Positions 10,180 through 19,467 of a stretch of DNA of 64,000 nt are shown piece by piece. The notes beneath the pieces are model-generated. The model was not told the origin of the DNA. It did no database searches and saw only the letters and a list, made by a program, of their open reading frames with translations. A program made the translations under genes and the position numbers. How positions within the stretch are numbered: the stretch's first letter is position 1; every line of letters begins with the position of its first letter. This stretch comes from an uncultured Actinomycetes bacterium (GTDB taxonomy: Bacteria > Actinomycetota > Thermoleophilia > UBA2241): the NCBI GenBank assembly GCA_963767005.1, contig CAVYCN010000002.1, forward strand, positions 1 through 64,000, read 5' to 3'.

Positions 10180-11301
10180 GTGAGCGAGCGCGCGCCGCGT
10201 CGCACGTTCGCCCAGGGACTGCGCTGCCGCAGCCCGCTCATCCTGGTCGTCGCGCTGGGCCTCGCGGCGCTCGCCCTGGCAGGCGTGCAGGACGTGTTCA
10301 CGAGCGGTGCGTTTGCCAGGGTGCGCGAGAGCCTGTGGCTGCGCCAGACGCGCGACGATTTCTTCCACGACACCTACGCCGTCGGCCGTCTGAAGCTGCA
10401 TCACCCCGACGCGCTGCCGATCTACCTGCTCGGCGGCTCGGCGGCGCGCGAGTCGCTGATCTCCGAGGCGTCGTTCGCCGCGGTCGTGCACGAGAAGAGC
10501 GGCGTCACGGTCGAGCCCTCCATCCTCTGCAGTCAGAACCAGACCTTCGGCCAGAGCCTCGCCATCGTCGACAACCTGCCGCAGGGCCCCGGCGTCGTCG
10601 TGATCGCGGTCAACAACAACCGCTTCCGCTTCGCTCCCCGCGACGTGGCCGAGCAGGTCGACGGGAACCCGATGCTCCTCGCGTCGCCCACCCTCAGCCG
10701 GTTCGTGAAGGAGAACCCGCCGAGCGGCCTGCCGGGCGTGCGCCTGCCGGGCATCCTGCCGGGCATCATGCGCTACGTGGCCGACGCCGGGCAGGTGAAG
10801 CTCACGCGGCTGTTCAAGGGCCGCGCCGTCGCGGTGTCCTACAAGCCGCACTGGGTGACCGCGAGCAAGACCTGGTCGCTCGCCCGCAAGCGCAGGGGCG
10901 TGCAGCAGTGGATCAAGAGCTACGGCCCGGATTTCACCAGATACGTGTCGTACAACGCCCGCCTGCTCGACACCCTGGTGCGGCGCGCCCAGCAGCGCGG
11001 CTTCACGGTCGTGCTGCTCGAGGAGACCGAGAACACGGCCGTCGTTGGCCACTCGTTCGATCGCTTCAAGCAGGTGTATCGGCCGCTCGTGCGCGCGATC
11101 GCGACGCGCCAGAGCGTGCCGTACTTCGACCTGCAGGCGAAGCTCCGTCTGCCCGACTCCGACTTCTGGGACTACATCCACGCCGTCGAGCCGGGCCGCG
11201 TGGTCTGGCAGCAGGTGCTGGCCGCGGCGCTCGCGCCGACCCTCCGCACGGTTGCCGGACAGACCGCGAGTCTGCGTTCGGCGGGCCGGCAGGCCGCCTG
11301 A
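10180..11301 (+). CDS. Membrane-anchored SGNH/DltD-like hydrolase-fold protein
   Basis: N-terminal TM, LLGGS (block I Ser), FWDYIH (DxxH). Confidence 0.65.
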   Translation: MSERAPRRTFAQGLRCRSPLILVVALGLAALALAGVQDVFTSGAFARVRESLWLRQTRDDFFHDTYAVGRLKLHHPDALPIYLLGGSAARESLISEASFAAVVHEKSGVTVEPSILCSQNQTFGQSLAIVDNLPQGPGVVVIAVNNNRFRFAPRDVAEQVDGNPMLLASPTLSRFVKENPPSGLPGVRLPGILPGIMRYVADAGQVKLTRLFKGRAVAVSYKPHWVTASKTWSLARKRRGVQQWIKSYGPDFTRYVSYNARLLDTLVRRAQQRGFTVVLLEETENTAVVGHSFDRFKQVYRPLVRAIATRQSVPYFDLQAKLRLPDSDFWDYIHAVEPGRVVWQQVLAAALAPTLRTVAGQTASLRSAGRQAA

Positions 11302-11311
11302 GCGCCGCGGC

Positions 11312-14300
11312 CTAGGCCTTGTCGTCGGGCGGCGCGAAGCCGCGGCGCAGCGTGTTCTCGGTGACCACGCGCGGCTCCATGAACTGCAGCAGGTAGTCGG
11401 GACCGCCGGCCTTCGAGCCGACGCCACTCATCTTGAAGCCGCCGAATGGCTGGCGCTCGACCATGGCGCCGGTGATGCCGCGGTTGATGTAGAGGTTACC
11501 GACGCGAAAGTCGTGGCGGACGCGGGCGATCGTGGCCGGGCTGCGCGAGACCAGGCCGCCGGTGAGCGCGTACGAGGTGCCGTTGGCGATCGCCAGGGCC
11601 TCGTCCAGGTCGCGGGCCGCCATGACGGCGAGCACCGGACCGAAGATCTCCTCCTGGGCGATGACCGCGCCGGGGTCGACCTCGGCGAAGACGTGCGGCC
11701 CCACATAGAAGCCGCGGTCGGGCCAGCCGCCGGCCGGCTCGGGGGTCGCCAGGGCGACGCGGGCCTCGCGGCGGCCCTGCTCGATGTAGCCCTCGATCGT
11801 CGCTCTGGCCGCGGCCGTGATCACCGGCCCCACGCGGGTCGCCGGGTCGTCGGGCGGGCCGACGGCCAGGCTGCGGGTCGCCTCGACCAGACGCTCGAGG
11901 AACTCGTCGTAGGCCGGTCGCAGCACGATCGCGCGCGAGCAGGCCGAGCACTTCTGGCCCTGGTAGCCGAAGGCCGAGGCGACCGTCTCGAGCACGGCGA
12001 CGTCGAGGTCGGCGTCGGCGTCGACGATGATCGCGTTCTTGCCGCCGAGCTCGGCGATGACGCGCTTGAGCCAGGCCCGGCCCGGGTGCTCGACGGCCTG
12101 GGCCATGATGCGCAGGCCCACGGCGCGCGAGCCGGTGAAGGCGATCAGGTGCACGTCGGGATGGGTCACGAGCGCTTCGCCGATCTCGCGGCCCGGCCCG
12201 TTCAGCAGGTTCACGGTGCCGGCCGGCGCGCCGGCCGCGCGCAGGATGCGCGCGAGCTGCGCGCCGATCAGCGGCGTGGGGCCGGCCGGCTTGACGACGA
12301 CGGTGTTGCCGGCCACCAGGGCGGCGCTCGTCATGCCGGTGAGGATGGCGAGCGGGAAGTTCCAGGGGGCGATCACGACCGCCACGCCGCGGGCTTCGTA
12401 GCTCAGGTGGTTGAGCTCGCCGGGCAGGTGGCCCAGGCGGCGCGGCTCGGCCAGGCGCAGCGCCTCGCGGCCGTAGTACTCGAGGAAGTCGATGGCCTCG
12501 GTCACGTCGCCGTCGGCCTCGCGGGCGGTCTTGCCGGCCTCGACCGTCTCGAGCGCGGCGAGCTCGGCGAGCTCGCCGCGCATGATCTCGGCCGCCCGGA
12601 ACAGCACGGCGGCGCGCTGGCGGGCCGCCGCGTCGCGCCAGGCGGGGAAGGCGCGCGTGGCGGCGGCCACGGCGGCCTCGGCCTCGGCGACGCCGGCAAC
12701 GTCGACCGTGCCGACCACCCGCGCCGGGCGGGCCGGGTCGATCGAGTCGAGCGTGGCGCTGCCGCCGCACGGCCGCCCGTCGATCAGCAGGGGTTCGTGC
12801 AGCGCTGGCCGCATAGTCGCGACGTGCAGGGCTTCCTGGGTGGCGCGGCGGCTCTCGGCGCGGGCGAAGTCGGCGTGCGGCATGTTGGCGAAGGGCGCCG
12901 GCGCGGCCGGGTCGGTGGGCGCCACGACCGGCAGGTGGGGCGCGGGCTCGTCGATCCGGGCCGAGGCCACCGGCGCGGCGACGAGGTCGTCGACGGCTGC
13001 CCCCTCGGCGAACGCGTCGCGCAGGAACGACTCGTTGGCCGTGTTCTCGAGCAGGCGCCGCACGAAGTAGGCCATGCCGGGGATGAGCTCGCCGACCGGG
13101 GCGTACTCGCGCAGCCGCAGACCGAGGGCGCGCACCGCGGCCTTGATGGGATCGCCCATGCCGTGCAGCATCTGGATCTCGAAACCGTCGTCGGGCACGC
13201 CGAGGTGACGAGCGGTGGCGATCGCCGCCGCCAGCGAGCGCACGTTGTGGCTGGCGAAGGCCGGCCGCACCACGTCGACGCTCTCGAGCATGAGCCGAGC
13301 GAGACGCTCGTAGGCGACGTCGGAGTCGGGCTTGTGCGTGTGGACCGGCGGCGGCCAGCCCTCCTGGCGGGCGAGCACCGTCTCGTAGTCCCAGTAGGCG
13401 CCCTTGACGAGGCGCACGGTGAGGTAGCGGCCGCGGGCGCGCCCCCAGTCGACCAGGGCCCGCAAGTCGTCGGGCGCGTCGCGCAGGTAGGCCTGGACGA
13501 CGATGCCGGCCTGGTCGTAGGCGCGAAACTCCTCTTCGTCGAGCAGCTCGGTGAACACGGCGTAGGTGAGCTCGCGGAAGCGGAACTGCTCGAGGTCGAG
13601 GTTGACGAAGGCGCCACGCTCGATGGCCTTGCGCACGACGGGGCGCAGGGCGTCTTTGACCGCCGTAACCGAGCCGCGAAAGTCGAGCGGGTCGATCTGC
13701 GAGTACAGCGAGGTGATCTTGATCGAGACGTTCACGCGTGGCAGCTCGCCCCAGGCGGCGTGGTCGACGGCCGGCGCCACCGGCCAGGCGGCGGTCTCGG
13801 CAGTGAGGTCGTCGAGCAGGTCGAGGTAGCGGCGCTGGTAGGCGGCTGCCTCGCGGGTGCTGACCGAGGCCTCGCCGAGCACGTCGATGGTGAAGCCGAG
13901 GCCGCGGTCGCGCAGCGCCCGCAGGCCGGGTAGCGCGGAGCGCGCGTCGCTGCCCACGATGAAGCGCCGGGCGAAGGCCAGCATCTGCGAGCGCACCACG
14001 CGCGCGGCCGCCGGTCGCAGCGGCGACCGGCCGCCCGTCGTGGCGATCGCCAGACGCAGCGCCCGCGGCGCCTCGACGCCGGGCTGCAGGAAGTACTCGC
14101 GCAGGTGGGCGGCGATCTCGGCTCTGTCGCGCAGCGTGGGGAAGACGTCGACGAAGCGAAAGAGCTCGACCTTGAGCCGCTCGTCGGCCATGGCCCAGGC
14201 CATCATCTCGTCCTGCAGGCGGGCCTGCGACAGCGGCGCGTGGCGGTCGCGGTCGACGAGCGCGAACAGGCGCCGGGCCGTCGCCTGGATGTCGGCCTCG

Positions 14301-14350
14301 AGGCCGTCGACGTTCGCAGCGTCGCGCAACGTGTCGTCGCCGGTCGCCAT
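11312..14350 (-). CDS. putA: Bifunctional proline dehydrogenase / P5C dehydrogenase
   Basis: LFRFVDVFP, DVLGE, QAYL, RLVKGAYWD.E, ASHN, RRLLENTAN; ALDH part PWNFP, FTGS, ELGGKN, GQKCSA, EEIFGP; SD AAGGAGG. Confidence 0.96.
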   Translation of the reverse strand: MATGDDTLRDAANVDGLEADIQATARRLFALVDRDRHAPLSQARLQDEMMAWAMADERLKVELFRFVDVFPTLRDRAEIAAHLREYFLQPGVEAPRALRLAIATTGGRSPLRPAAARVVRSQMLAFARRFIVGSDARSALPGLRALRDRGLGFTIDVLGEASVSTREAAAYQRRYLDLLDDLTAETAAWPVAPAVDHAAWGELPRVNVSIKITSLYSQIDPLDFRGSVTAVKDALRPVVRKAIERGAFVNLDLEQFRFRELTYAVFTELLDEEEFRAYDQAGIVVQAYLRDAPDDLRALVDWGRARGRYLTVRLVKGAYWDYETVLARQEGWPPPVHTHKPDSDVAYERLARLMLESVDVVRPAFASHNVRSLAAAIATARHLGVPDDGFEIQMLHGMGDPIKAAVRALGLRLREYAPVGELIPGMAYFVRRLLENTANESFLRDAFAEGAAVDDLVAAPVASARIDEPAPHLPVVAPTDPAAPAPFANMPHADFARAESRRATQEALHVATMRPALHEPLLIDGRPCGGSATLDSIDPARPARVVGTVDVAGVAEAEAAVAAATRAFPAWRDAAARQRAAVLFRAAEIMRGELAELAALETVEAGKTAREADGDVTEAIDFLEYYGREALRLAEPRRLGHLPGELNHLSYEARGVAVVIAPWNFPLAILTGMTSAALVAGNTVVVKPAGPTPLIGAQLARILRAAGAPAGTVNLLNGPGREIGEALVTHPDVHLIAFTGSRAVGLRIMAQAVEHPGRAWLKRVIAELGGKNAIIVDADADLDVAVLETVASAFGYQGQKCSACSRAIVLRPAYDEFLERLVEATRSLAVGPPDDPATRVGPVITAAARATIEGYIEQGRREARVALATPEPAGGWPDRGFYVGPHVFAEVDPGAVIAQEEIFGPVLAVMAARDLDEALAIANGTSYALTGGLVSRSPATIARVRHDFRVGNLYINRGITGAMVERQPFGGFKMSGVGSKAGGPDYLLQFMEPRVVTENTLRRGFAPPDDKA

Positions 14351-14493
14351 GCGGTCCTCCTTCGCCGGAGGGATGGTCGGGGCCGATTCTACCAGCGACC
14401 GGGACGGCTCCGGACGGCGCCGCCTGCCGGGCTCCCGCGCCGTACGGTAGACTACCGACGCCGCTCCGCCCCCGCAAAGCGAAAGGTGCCGCC

Positions 14494-14973
14494 GTGGACG
14501 ATGCCGACCACCCGACTGCCGCGGGCCTCGCCCTGCGCGAGTTCGCGATGGCCGACTACGCGGCCGTCGACGACCTGTGGCGGCGCTCCGACTTGTGGAT
14601 GCGGCCCTCCGACCAGCCCGATCGCGTGGCACTCAAGCTGACGCGCGACCCCGACCTGTTCCTCGTGGCCGAGACCGGCGCGCGCCTCGTGGGTGTGGCG
14701 CTGGGCGGCTGGGACGGGCGGCGCGCCTACATCTACCATCTGGCGGTCGACCCCGACTGGCGGCGGCGGGGCGTGGCGAGCCGGCTCATGGACGAGCTCG
14801 AGGAGCGCTTCCGCGCCAGGGGGGCGCTCAAGGCCAAGCTGCAGATCGTGCAGGGCAACGACGCCTCGACGGCCTTCTTCGGCGCCCGTGGCTACCGGCT
14901 CGAGAGCGACTGTCAGCCCTGGGGCCGCGAGCTCGTGCCGGGCGGCGCGCCCGACGACTTCGAGCGCTGCTAG
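14494..14973 (+). CDS. GNAT N-acetyltransferase (YpeA-like)
   Basis: GWDGRRAYIYHLAVDP..RRRGVA, N.....F. Confidence 0.85.
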   Translation: MDDADHPTAAGLALREFAMADYAAVDDLWRRSDLWMRPSDQPDRVALKLTRDPDLFLVAETGARLVGVALGGWDGRRAYIYHLAVDPDWRRRGVASRLMDELEERFRARGALKAKLQIVQGNDASTAFFGARGYRLESDCQPWGRELVPGGAPDDFERC

Positions 14974-14988
14974 GGGAGAGGGGCGACC

Positions 14989-15999
14989 ATGCATACCGCG
15001 ATCGTCTACGACCCCCGCTACAGCGAGCACGACACCGGCGAGCACGTCGAGGCGCCCGACCGCGCCGCCGCGATCGTCGCCCACCTCGAGCAGACCGACC
15101 TGTGGTCGCGGCTCGAGCTGCTCGCGCCGCGGCCGGCCACGGTCGACGACCTGCTCACGGTGCACACCGCGGCCTACGTCGAGCAGGTGCGCGCCGCCGC
15201 CGCCGGCGGCGGCGCCTGGCTCGACCCCGACACCTTCGCCTCGCCGCGCAGCTTCGAGGTGGCGCTGCTCGCCGCCGGCGGGGCGCTCGAGGTGGCGGCC
15301 GCCTGGGAGCGCGGCCTGGTGTCTTTTGCCCTCGTGCGGCCGCCGGGCCATCACGCCATGCCCGACCACGCCATGGGCTTCTGCCTGTTCGACAACGTCG
15401 CGATCCTCGCTCGCCGCCTGCTGGCCGGCGGCCTCGAGCGGGTGCTGATCCTCGACTGGGACGTGCACCACGGCAACGGCACGCAGGCCGCCTTCTACGA
15501 CGACCCCCACGTGCTGTTCGTCTCGCTGCACCAGTGGCCGTTCTTCCCCGGCACCGGCTGGTACTCCGAGACGGGCGCGGGCGCCGGCGAGGGTTTCACG
15601 GTGAACGTGCCGTTCCCGGCCGGCTCGACCGACGGCGACTACCTGCACGCCTGCGACGCCCTGATCGAGCCGATCGTCGCGCAGTTCGAGCCGCAGGCCG
15701 TGCTGGTGTCGGCCGGCCAGGACATCCACGTCGACGACACGCTCGGCTCGATGCGCGTCACCGAGGCCGGCTTTGCCGCGCTGGCGGCTCGCGCGGCGGC
15801 CATGGCCGCGCCGGCCGACGGGCGCCTCGGCCTGGTGCTCGAGGGCGGCTACAACAAGGTCGCCAGCGCGCACGCCGTCGCCGCCGTCCTGCGCGCCCTC
15901 GCCGACGGCGCAGCGGAGCCGGTCGGCCCGCCGTCGCCGCACGGCAAGATCGTGGTCGGCAAGGCGATCGACACCCAGCGCCGCTACTGGGAGCTGTAG
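14989..15999 (+). CDS. Histone deacetylase / acetylpolyamine amidohydrolase family protein
   Basis: RPPGHHA, GFC.F.N, D.DVHHGNGTQ, SLHQ, SAG.D, LEGGY. Confidence 0.93.
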   Translation: MHTAIVYDPRYSEHDTGEHVEAPDRAAAIVAHLEQTDLWSRLELLAPRPATVDDLLTVHTAAYVEQVRAAAAGGGAWLDPDTFASPRSFEVALLAAGGALEVAAAWERGLVSFALVRPPGHHAMPDHAMGFCLFDNVAILARRLLAGGLERVLILDWDVHHGNGTQAAFYDDPHVLFVSLHQWPFFPGTGWYSETGAGAGEGFTVNVPFPAGSTDGDYLHACDALIEPIVAQFEPQAVLVSAGQDIHVDDTLGSMRVTEAGFAALAARAAAMAAPADGRLGLVLEGGYNKVASAHAVAAVLRALADGAAEPVGPPSPHGKIVVGKAIDTQRRYWEL

Positions 16000-16136
16000 G
16001 CGCGTTCTCTGCTCCGACGACGCCGAGCGGCCGCGCAGGGTGTAGCGGGCGGCCGTCGCTGCCGACACACGAAAGGAAAGGGCCATCGCCCCTAGCCCAG
16101 CGCGGGGTCGGTGTGCTACCATGGGCCCACCGGGGG

Positions 16137-16161
16137 GCCGGCTCTGCACGAGCCGGCTTTT
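16137..16161 (+). terminator. Terminator-like hairpin in the 5' region of the Cys-rich gene
   Basis: GCCGGCTC-TGCAC-GAGCCGGC-TTTT, located between TGcTACCAT and the SD AGGAGG. Confidence 0.55.
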
Positions 16162-16182
16162 GTCGTGTAGGAGGTTGGTAGG

Positions 16183-16536
16183 TTGCCGGTCGAAGAAGCG
16201 CTCGAGTGTCATGAGTGCGCTGCCATCTGCGAGAAGGTCGTCTATCCGGCCACCTGTCTCGCGTCGAGCTGTCGTTATCTGTACGCCTTCAAGGAGCGCG
16301 GCCGCACCTACTTCGGCTGCATCGAGAAGGTCTTCCGGCACGAGATCGAGCTCGAGCTGTTCCGTGAGCTCGAACGCACCAAGGGCGGCTTCGGCGTCGT
16401 CAAGATGGCGCGCCAGCCCCTGCAGCAGTGCGCCGTCGCCGTGCAGAGCTGCTACCAGTGCGCCGAAGTGCCGCTGTGTCGCAACATGTACTTCCGGCGC
16501 CGCGACCGTCGCGTCGTCGAGGCGGTCGAAGAGTAG
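16183..16536 (+). CDS. Cys-rich hypothetical protein (possible metal/Fe-S binding)
   Basis: 117 aa with 10 Cys (CxxCxxxC, CxxC); SD AGGAGG; coding-like GC3; TTG start. Confidence 0.75.
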   Translation: MPVEEALECHECAAICEKVVYPATCLASSCRYLYAFKERGRTYFGCIEKVFRHEIELELFRELERTKGGFGVVKMARQPLQQCAVAVQSCYQCAEVPLCRNMYFRRRDRRVVEAVEE

Positions 16537-16719
16537 GCGCGCCGCGCGGTCGCTCGCCGGTCCAGGCGCGCGACGTAGCCACGCCTGCCTGAGCGGCGAC
16601 GACGTAGTCGATCGCCGGCACCGGGCGTCCGCTCCCGCCTGTCAGCGACCCGCGCCTGCGGGTATACTTGGCCATGCGATCCTCCGGGCATCTTCTGCCG
16701 GCCGTCGCGTTCCTTTCGT

Positions 16720-17069
16720 GGGGGCGAATCGGTTTCGACATGGAGTGACTCCGGTCGGAGCAGCAAGCCGAGGTCCGGTGGCCTCGTTAAACTGCCGGAA
16801 CGAATCACCTGCCGAGAGCAATCTCGCACTGGCTGCCTAAACAGTAGCCACGTCGCCTCTGCCGAGCCTGCGGGCAGAGATGCGGCGCCGATAGCGGGCT
16901 AGGGACCGGCCGGTCCGCTCTGTCCGGCCGCGACCGAAGACGACCAGGGCTGGCGACCCAGATCCGGCCGACGCGGAGCTGGCGAGCGAGATGAAATGCG
17001 CCGGCTAAGCTTGTAGATACTCCGCCAGGGCCTTCGTGGACGCGGGTTCGAGTCCCGCCGCCTCCACCA
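16720..17069 (+). ncRNA. ssrA: tmRNA; tag peptide (A)AESNLALAA*
   Basis: 5' GGGGGCGAATCGGTTTCGAC; 3' GGGTTCGAGTCCCGCCGCCTCCACCA; tag frame 16811-16840; -10 TATACT at 16663-16668. Confidence 0.96.
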
Positions 17070-17076
17070 CCTGCCG

Positions 17077-18666
17077 CTACCTCCCGTAGACGGCGAGCGA
17101 GTTCGCGATCGCGAGCATCGTCTGCGTGGAGACGTTGCCGCTCACGTGGACGCAGTACCCCCTGCCGAGGCAGTCGACGAACGAGATGACGTAGAACGGC
17201 AGCAGGGTGTGGTCGGAGAACGAGCCTTCGCTGCCGTTCCCGATGGAGGGCTCCTGCAGCACGTAGGCTCGAAGCCCCTTCATGTGCCCGCCGTGCAGCG
17301 CGACGCGGCGCGGCAGCGGCGGCGTGGCGGGAACGGGGAATCCCCCATCCTTGCCGTTCAACTGGCAGACGTCGAGCTCGAACCACTCGAGGCCGCGGCG
17401 ATAGAGCTGGTCGACCTCGGGCATGACGGAGAACTGCTGCAGCATCGAGCTGATGCCGGTGCGCGCGTCGGTCGAGACGCCGCTGAGAACGAATCCGGAC
17501 GGCACCGACGAGGGCACGAGAGGGGCGAAGCCCGCTGCCGCTACGGCCTGCGGGAGGGTCACCGAGGTGACCGTGTTGCCGGGTGCGCTCACGACGCCGG
17601 ACGGCGCCGGGTTCGGAACGCCGGACGGCAGCGTCGTGAACGTGCTCGCCGGCAGCTCGCCGTCGGTCTTCAGATCGGTGACGCGCAGACCGATCGTGTA
17701 TGGGCTCGTCGCGTACGGGAAGCCCTTCACGGCGCTCGCCGGCCCCGGGGACGCATCGAGCACCGTGAGCACGATGAGCCCGCTCGCCTGGTCGACGGTG
17801 ACCGTCTCGCGCAGGACCCTGTAGTAGTCGCTCTTCGGATACCAGAGGCGGCGGAGGTCGATCGTCGCCCGCCAGGCCGGGCGGCCCTCGTAGCGGCCGG
17901 TCTGTACCGTGAGGTCGGCCTGGCCGGCCACAGCGTCCTGCAGGAGCGCCGCCTCCGCCAGGTAGTCGCTGCAGAAGTACAGCAGGTCGTCTGGCCAGGG
18001 CCAGATGGAGTGCACCGGCCAGCGGTGGGCGCTGCCGTGGTCGGTCAGGTGGCCGGCGGCGTCCCAGGCCGCCCAGCGCGCGGCGAGCGTGCGGGCGTCG
18101 TATAGCGAGAGGTAGTGCGTCGGCTGCAGGACCGCCCAGACCCCGTGCGGGCGGTCCGACCGCACGACGGCCGGGCCCTGCAGGGTTTCGCCGGGCACGA
18201 TCCCGACCTCGGCCGAGCGCTTGACCAGCGCGATCTCGTAGCGGCTGTCGCCGGCCGCGTCGGCGGCGAAGCTGCCGCGCCACTCGGCGCTGGCGGGGGC
18301 GTGGCCCGGGGCACGGACGGTGACCGTCTCGGCGAAGTCGCCCTGGATACTGGTGATGGCGCGCATGCCGTAGGCCAGGCGCGCGGCCATGAGCCGGGCG
18401 GCGTCGGCGGGCGCCGGCTTCCAGGCGGCTCGGCCGCCGGGCAGACCGACGAGCACGACCGCGACGCAGGCCGCGACGGCCGCGAGGCCGACCGCGAGCT
18501 GGAAGCGGCGGCGCGCCCACAGCGGCGGCCGCCGCAGGGTGGCGAGCGACGGGGCGACCGCGTCGCGCAGATGGTCCCAGTAGTCCGCCCCGTGCTCGAT
18601 CTCCACGGCGTCGAGAAGGCGGCCGATCTGCTCGTCTGAGCGCGGGTCGTCGAGGTGCTCGTTCAT
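17077..18666 (-). CDS. Putative anti-sigma factor: single TM plus large extracytoplasmic domain
   Basis: ATGA overlap with the ECF sigma gene, short cytoplasmic N-terminus, TM (LAVGLAAVAACVAVVLVGL). Confidence 0.7.
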   Translation of the reverse strand: MNEHLDDPRSDEQIGRLLDAVEIEHGADYWDHLRDAVAPSLATLRRPPLWARRRFQLAVGLAAVAACVAVVLVGLPGGRAAWKPAPADAARLMAARLAYGMRAITSIQGDFAETVTVRAPGHAPASAEWRGSFAADAAGDSRYEIALVKRSAEVGIVPGETLQGPAVVRSDRPHGVWAVLQPTHYLSLYDARTLAARWAAWDAAGHLTDHGSAHRWPVHSIWPWPDDLLYFCSDYLAEAALLQDAVAGQADLTVQTGRYEGRPAWRATIDLRRLWYPKSDYYRVLRETVTVDQASGLIVLTVLDASPGPASAVKGFPYATSPYTIGLRVTDLKTDGELPASTFTTLPSGVPNPAPSGVVSAPGNTVTSVTLPQAVAAAGFAPLVPSSVPSGFVLSGVSTDARTGISSMLQQFSVMPEVDQLYRRGLEWFELDVCQLNGKDGGFPVPATPPLPRRVALHGGHMKGLRAYVLQEPSIGNGSEGSFSDHTLLPFYVISFVDCLGRGYCVHVSGNVSTQTMLAIANSLAVYGR

Positions 18667-19292
18667 GGCCGCTCCTCGAGTCGGGCTGCCGTGACGGCCC
18701 GGCGCAGCGCGGCCCGGCCCTTGAAGAGCCGCGAACCGATCGTGCCGGGGGGGACGCCGATGATCTGGGCGGCGAGGCGGTAGTCGAGACCCTCCTGGTC
18801 GACGAGCACGACTGCGACGCGCTGCTCCGGTGTGAGGCCGGCGAGCAGCCTCTCGACGACGTCGCGCGAGGCGAGCTCGTCGGCGGGATCGGGAGATGTG
18901 GCGACGGTCTCCGGGAGGTCATCGGACGCCACGATCACGAGGTCTCGCCGGCGGCGCAGCAGGTCGACGCAAGTGTGGTAGGTCGTGCGAGCCAGCCAGG
19001 CTCCGAGGGCATCGGGTGCGCGCAGCGTGGGCAGCGCGCGAGCCGCCTTGATCGCGACCTCCTGCAGGGCGTCGTCCATGAGGTCGCGGTCGCCGAGCAG
19101 CGACGAGGCGATCCGCCGCAGGCGGCGGTCGTGACGGCGCAGGATGGTGAGGAAGGCGTCGACGTCGCCGCGGCGTGCCGCGGCCAGGGTGCGAGGGTCG
19201 ATCCGCACGCCGCGCCGCAGGTCTTCGGGGTCGTCGGCGTGCACCGCGCCTTCCTCGGCAGGGACATTCGCAAGCTCGACCCCATCGTGCAC
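18663..19292 (-). CDS. ECF RNA polymerase sigma factor
   Basis: A..GD..AF, DD.LQE, WL.R......D..RR, L..EQR.AVVL....GL.Y...A.I.GVP.GT..SRL..GR. Confidence 0.92.
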   Translation of the reverse strand: MHDGVELANVPAEEGAVHADDPEDLRRGVRIDPRTLAAARRGDVDAFLTILRRHDRRLRRIASSLLGDRDLMDDALQEVAIKAARALPTLRAPDALGAWLARTTYHTCVDLLRRRRDLVIVASDDLPETVATSPDPADELASRDVVERLLAGLTPEQRVAVVLVDQEGLDYRLAAQIIGVPPGTIGSRLFKGRAALRRAVTAARLEERP

Positions 19293-19467
19293 GGCACCCC
19301 CCGTATCGTGGTCGTCGGCCGGTCGGCCTCAGGCGGTGCCGGCCTCAGCGGTGCGCATCACAGGAGAAGACGCAGGCGGCCCGCCGGTTTCTTCACGCAG
19401 GCGCGGCGCGGCCACGGCCGGGAGGGGCAGACGAGCGGACGAGGAGCCGTGGTGCACGACCCTGCGC

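Noticed and set aside
16121-16840. ORF ending in ESNLALAA
   Set aside because: It is only the tmRNA tag frame extended upstream by chance
17041-17069. tRNA-like T-arm and CCA end
   Set aside because: It is the 3' tRNA-like domain of tmRNA, not a separate tRNA
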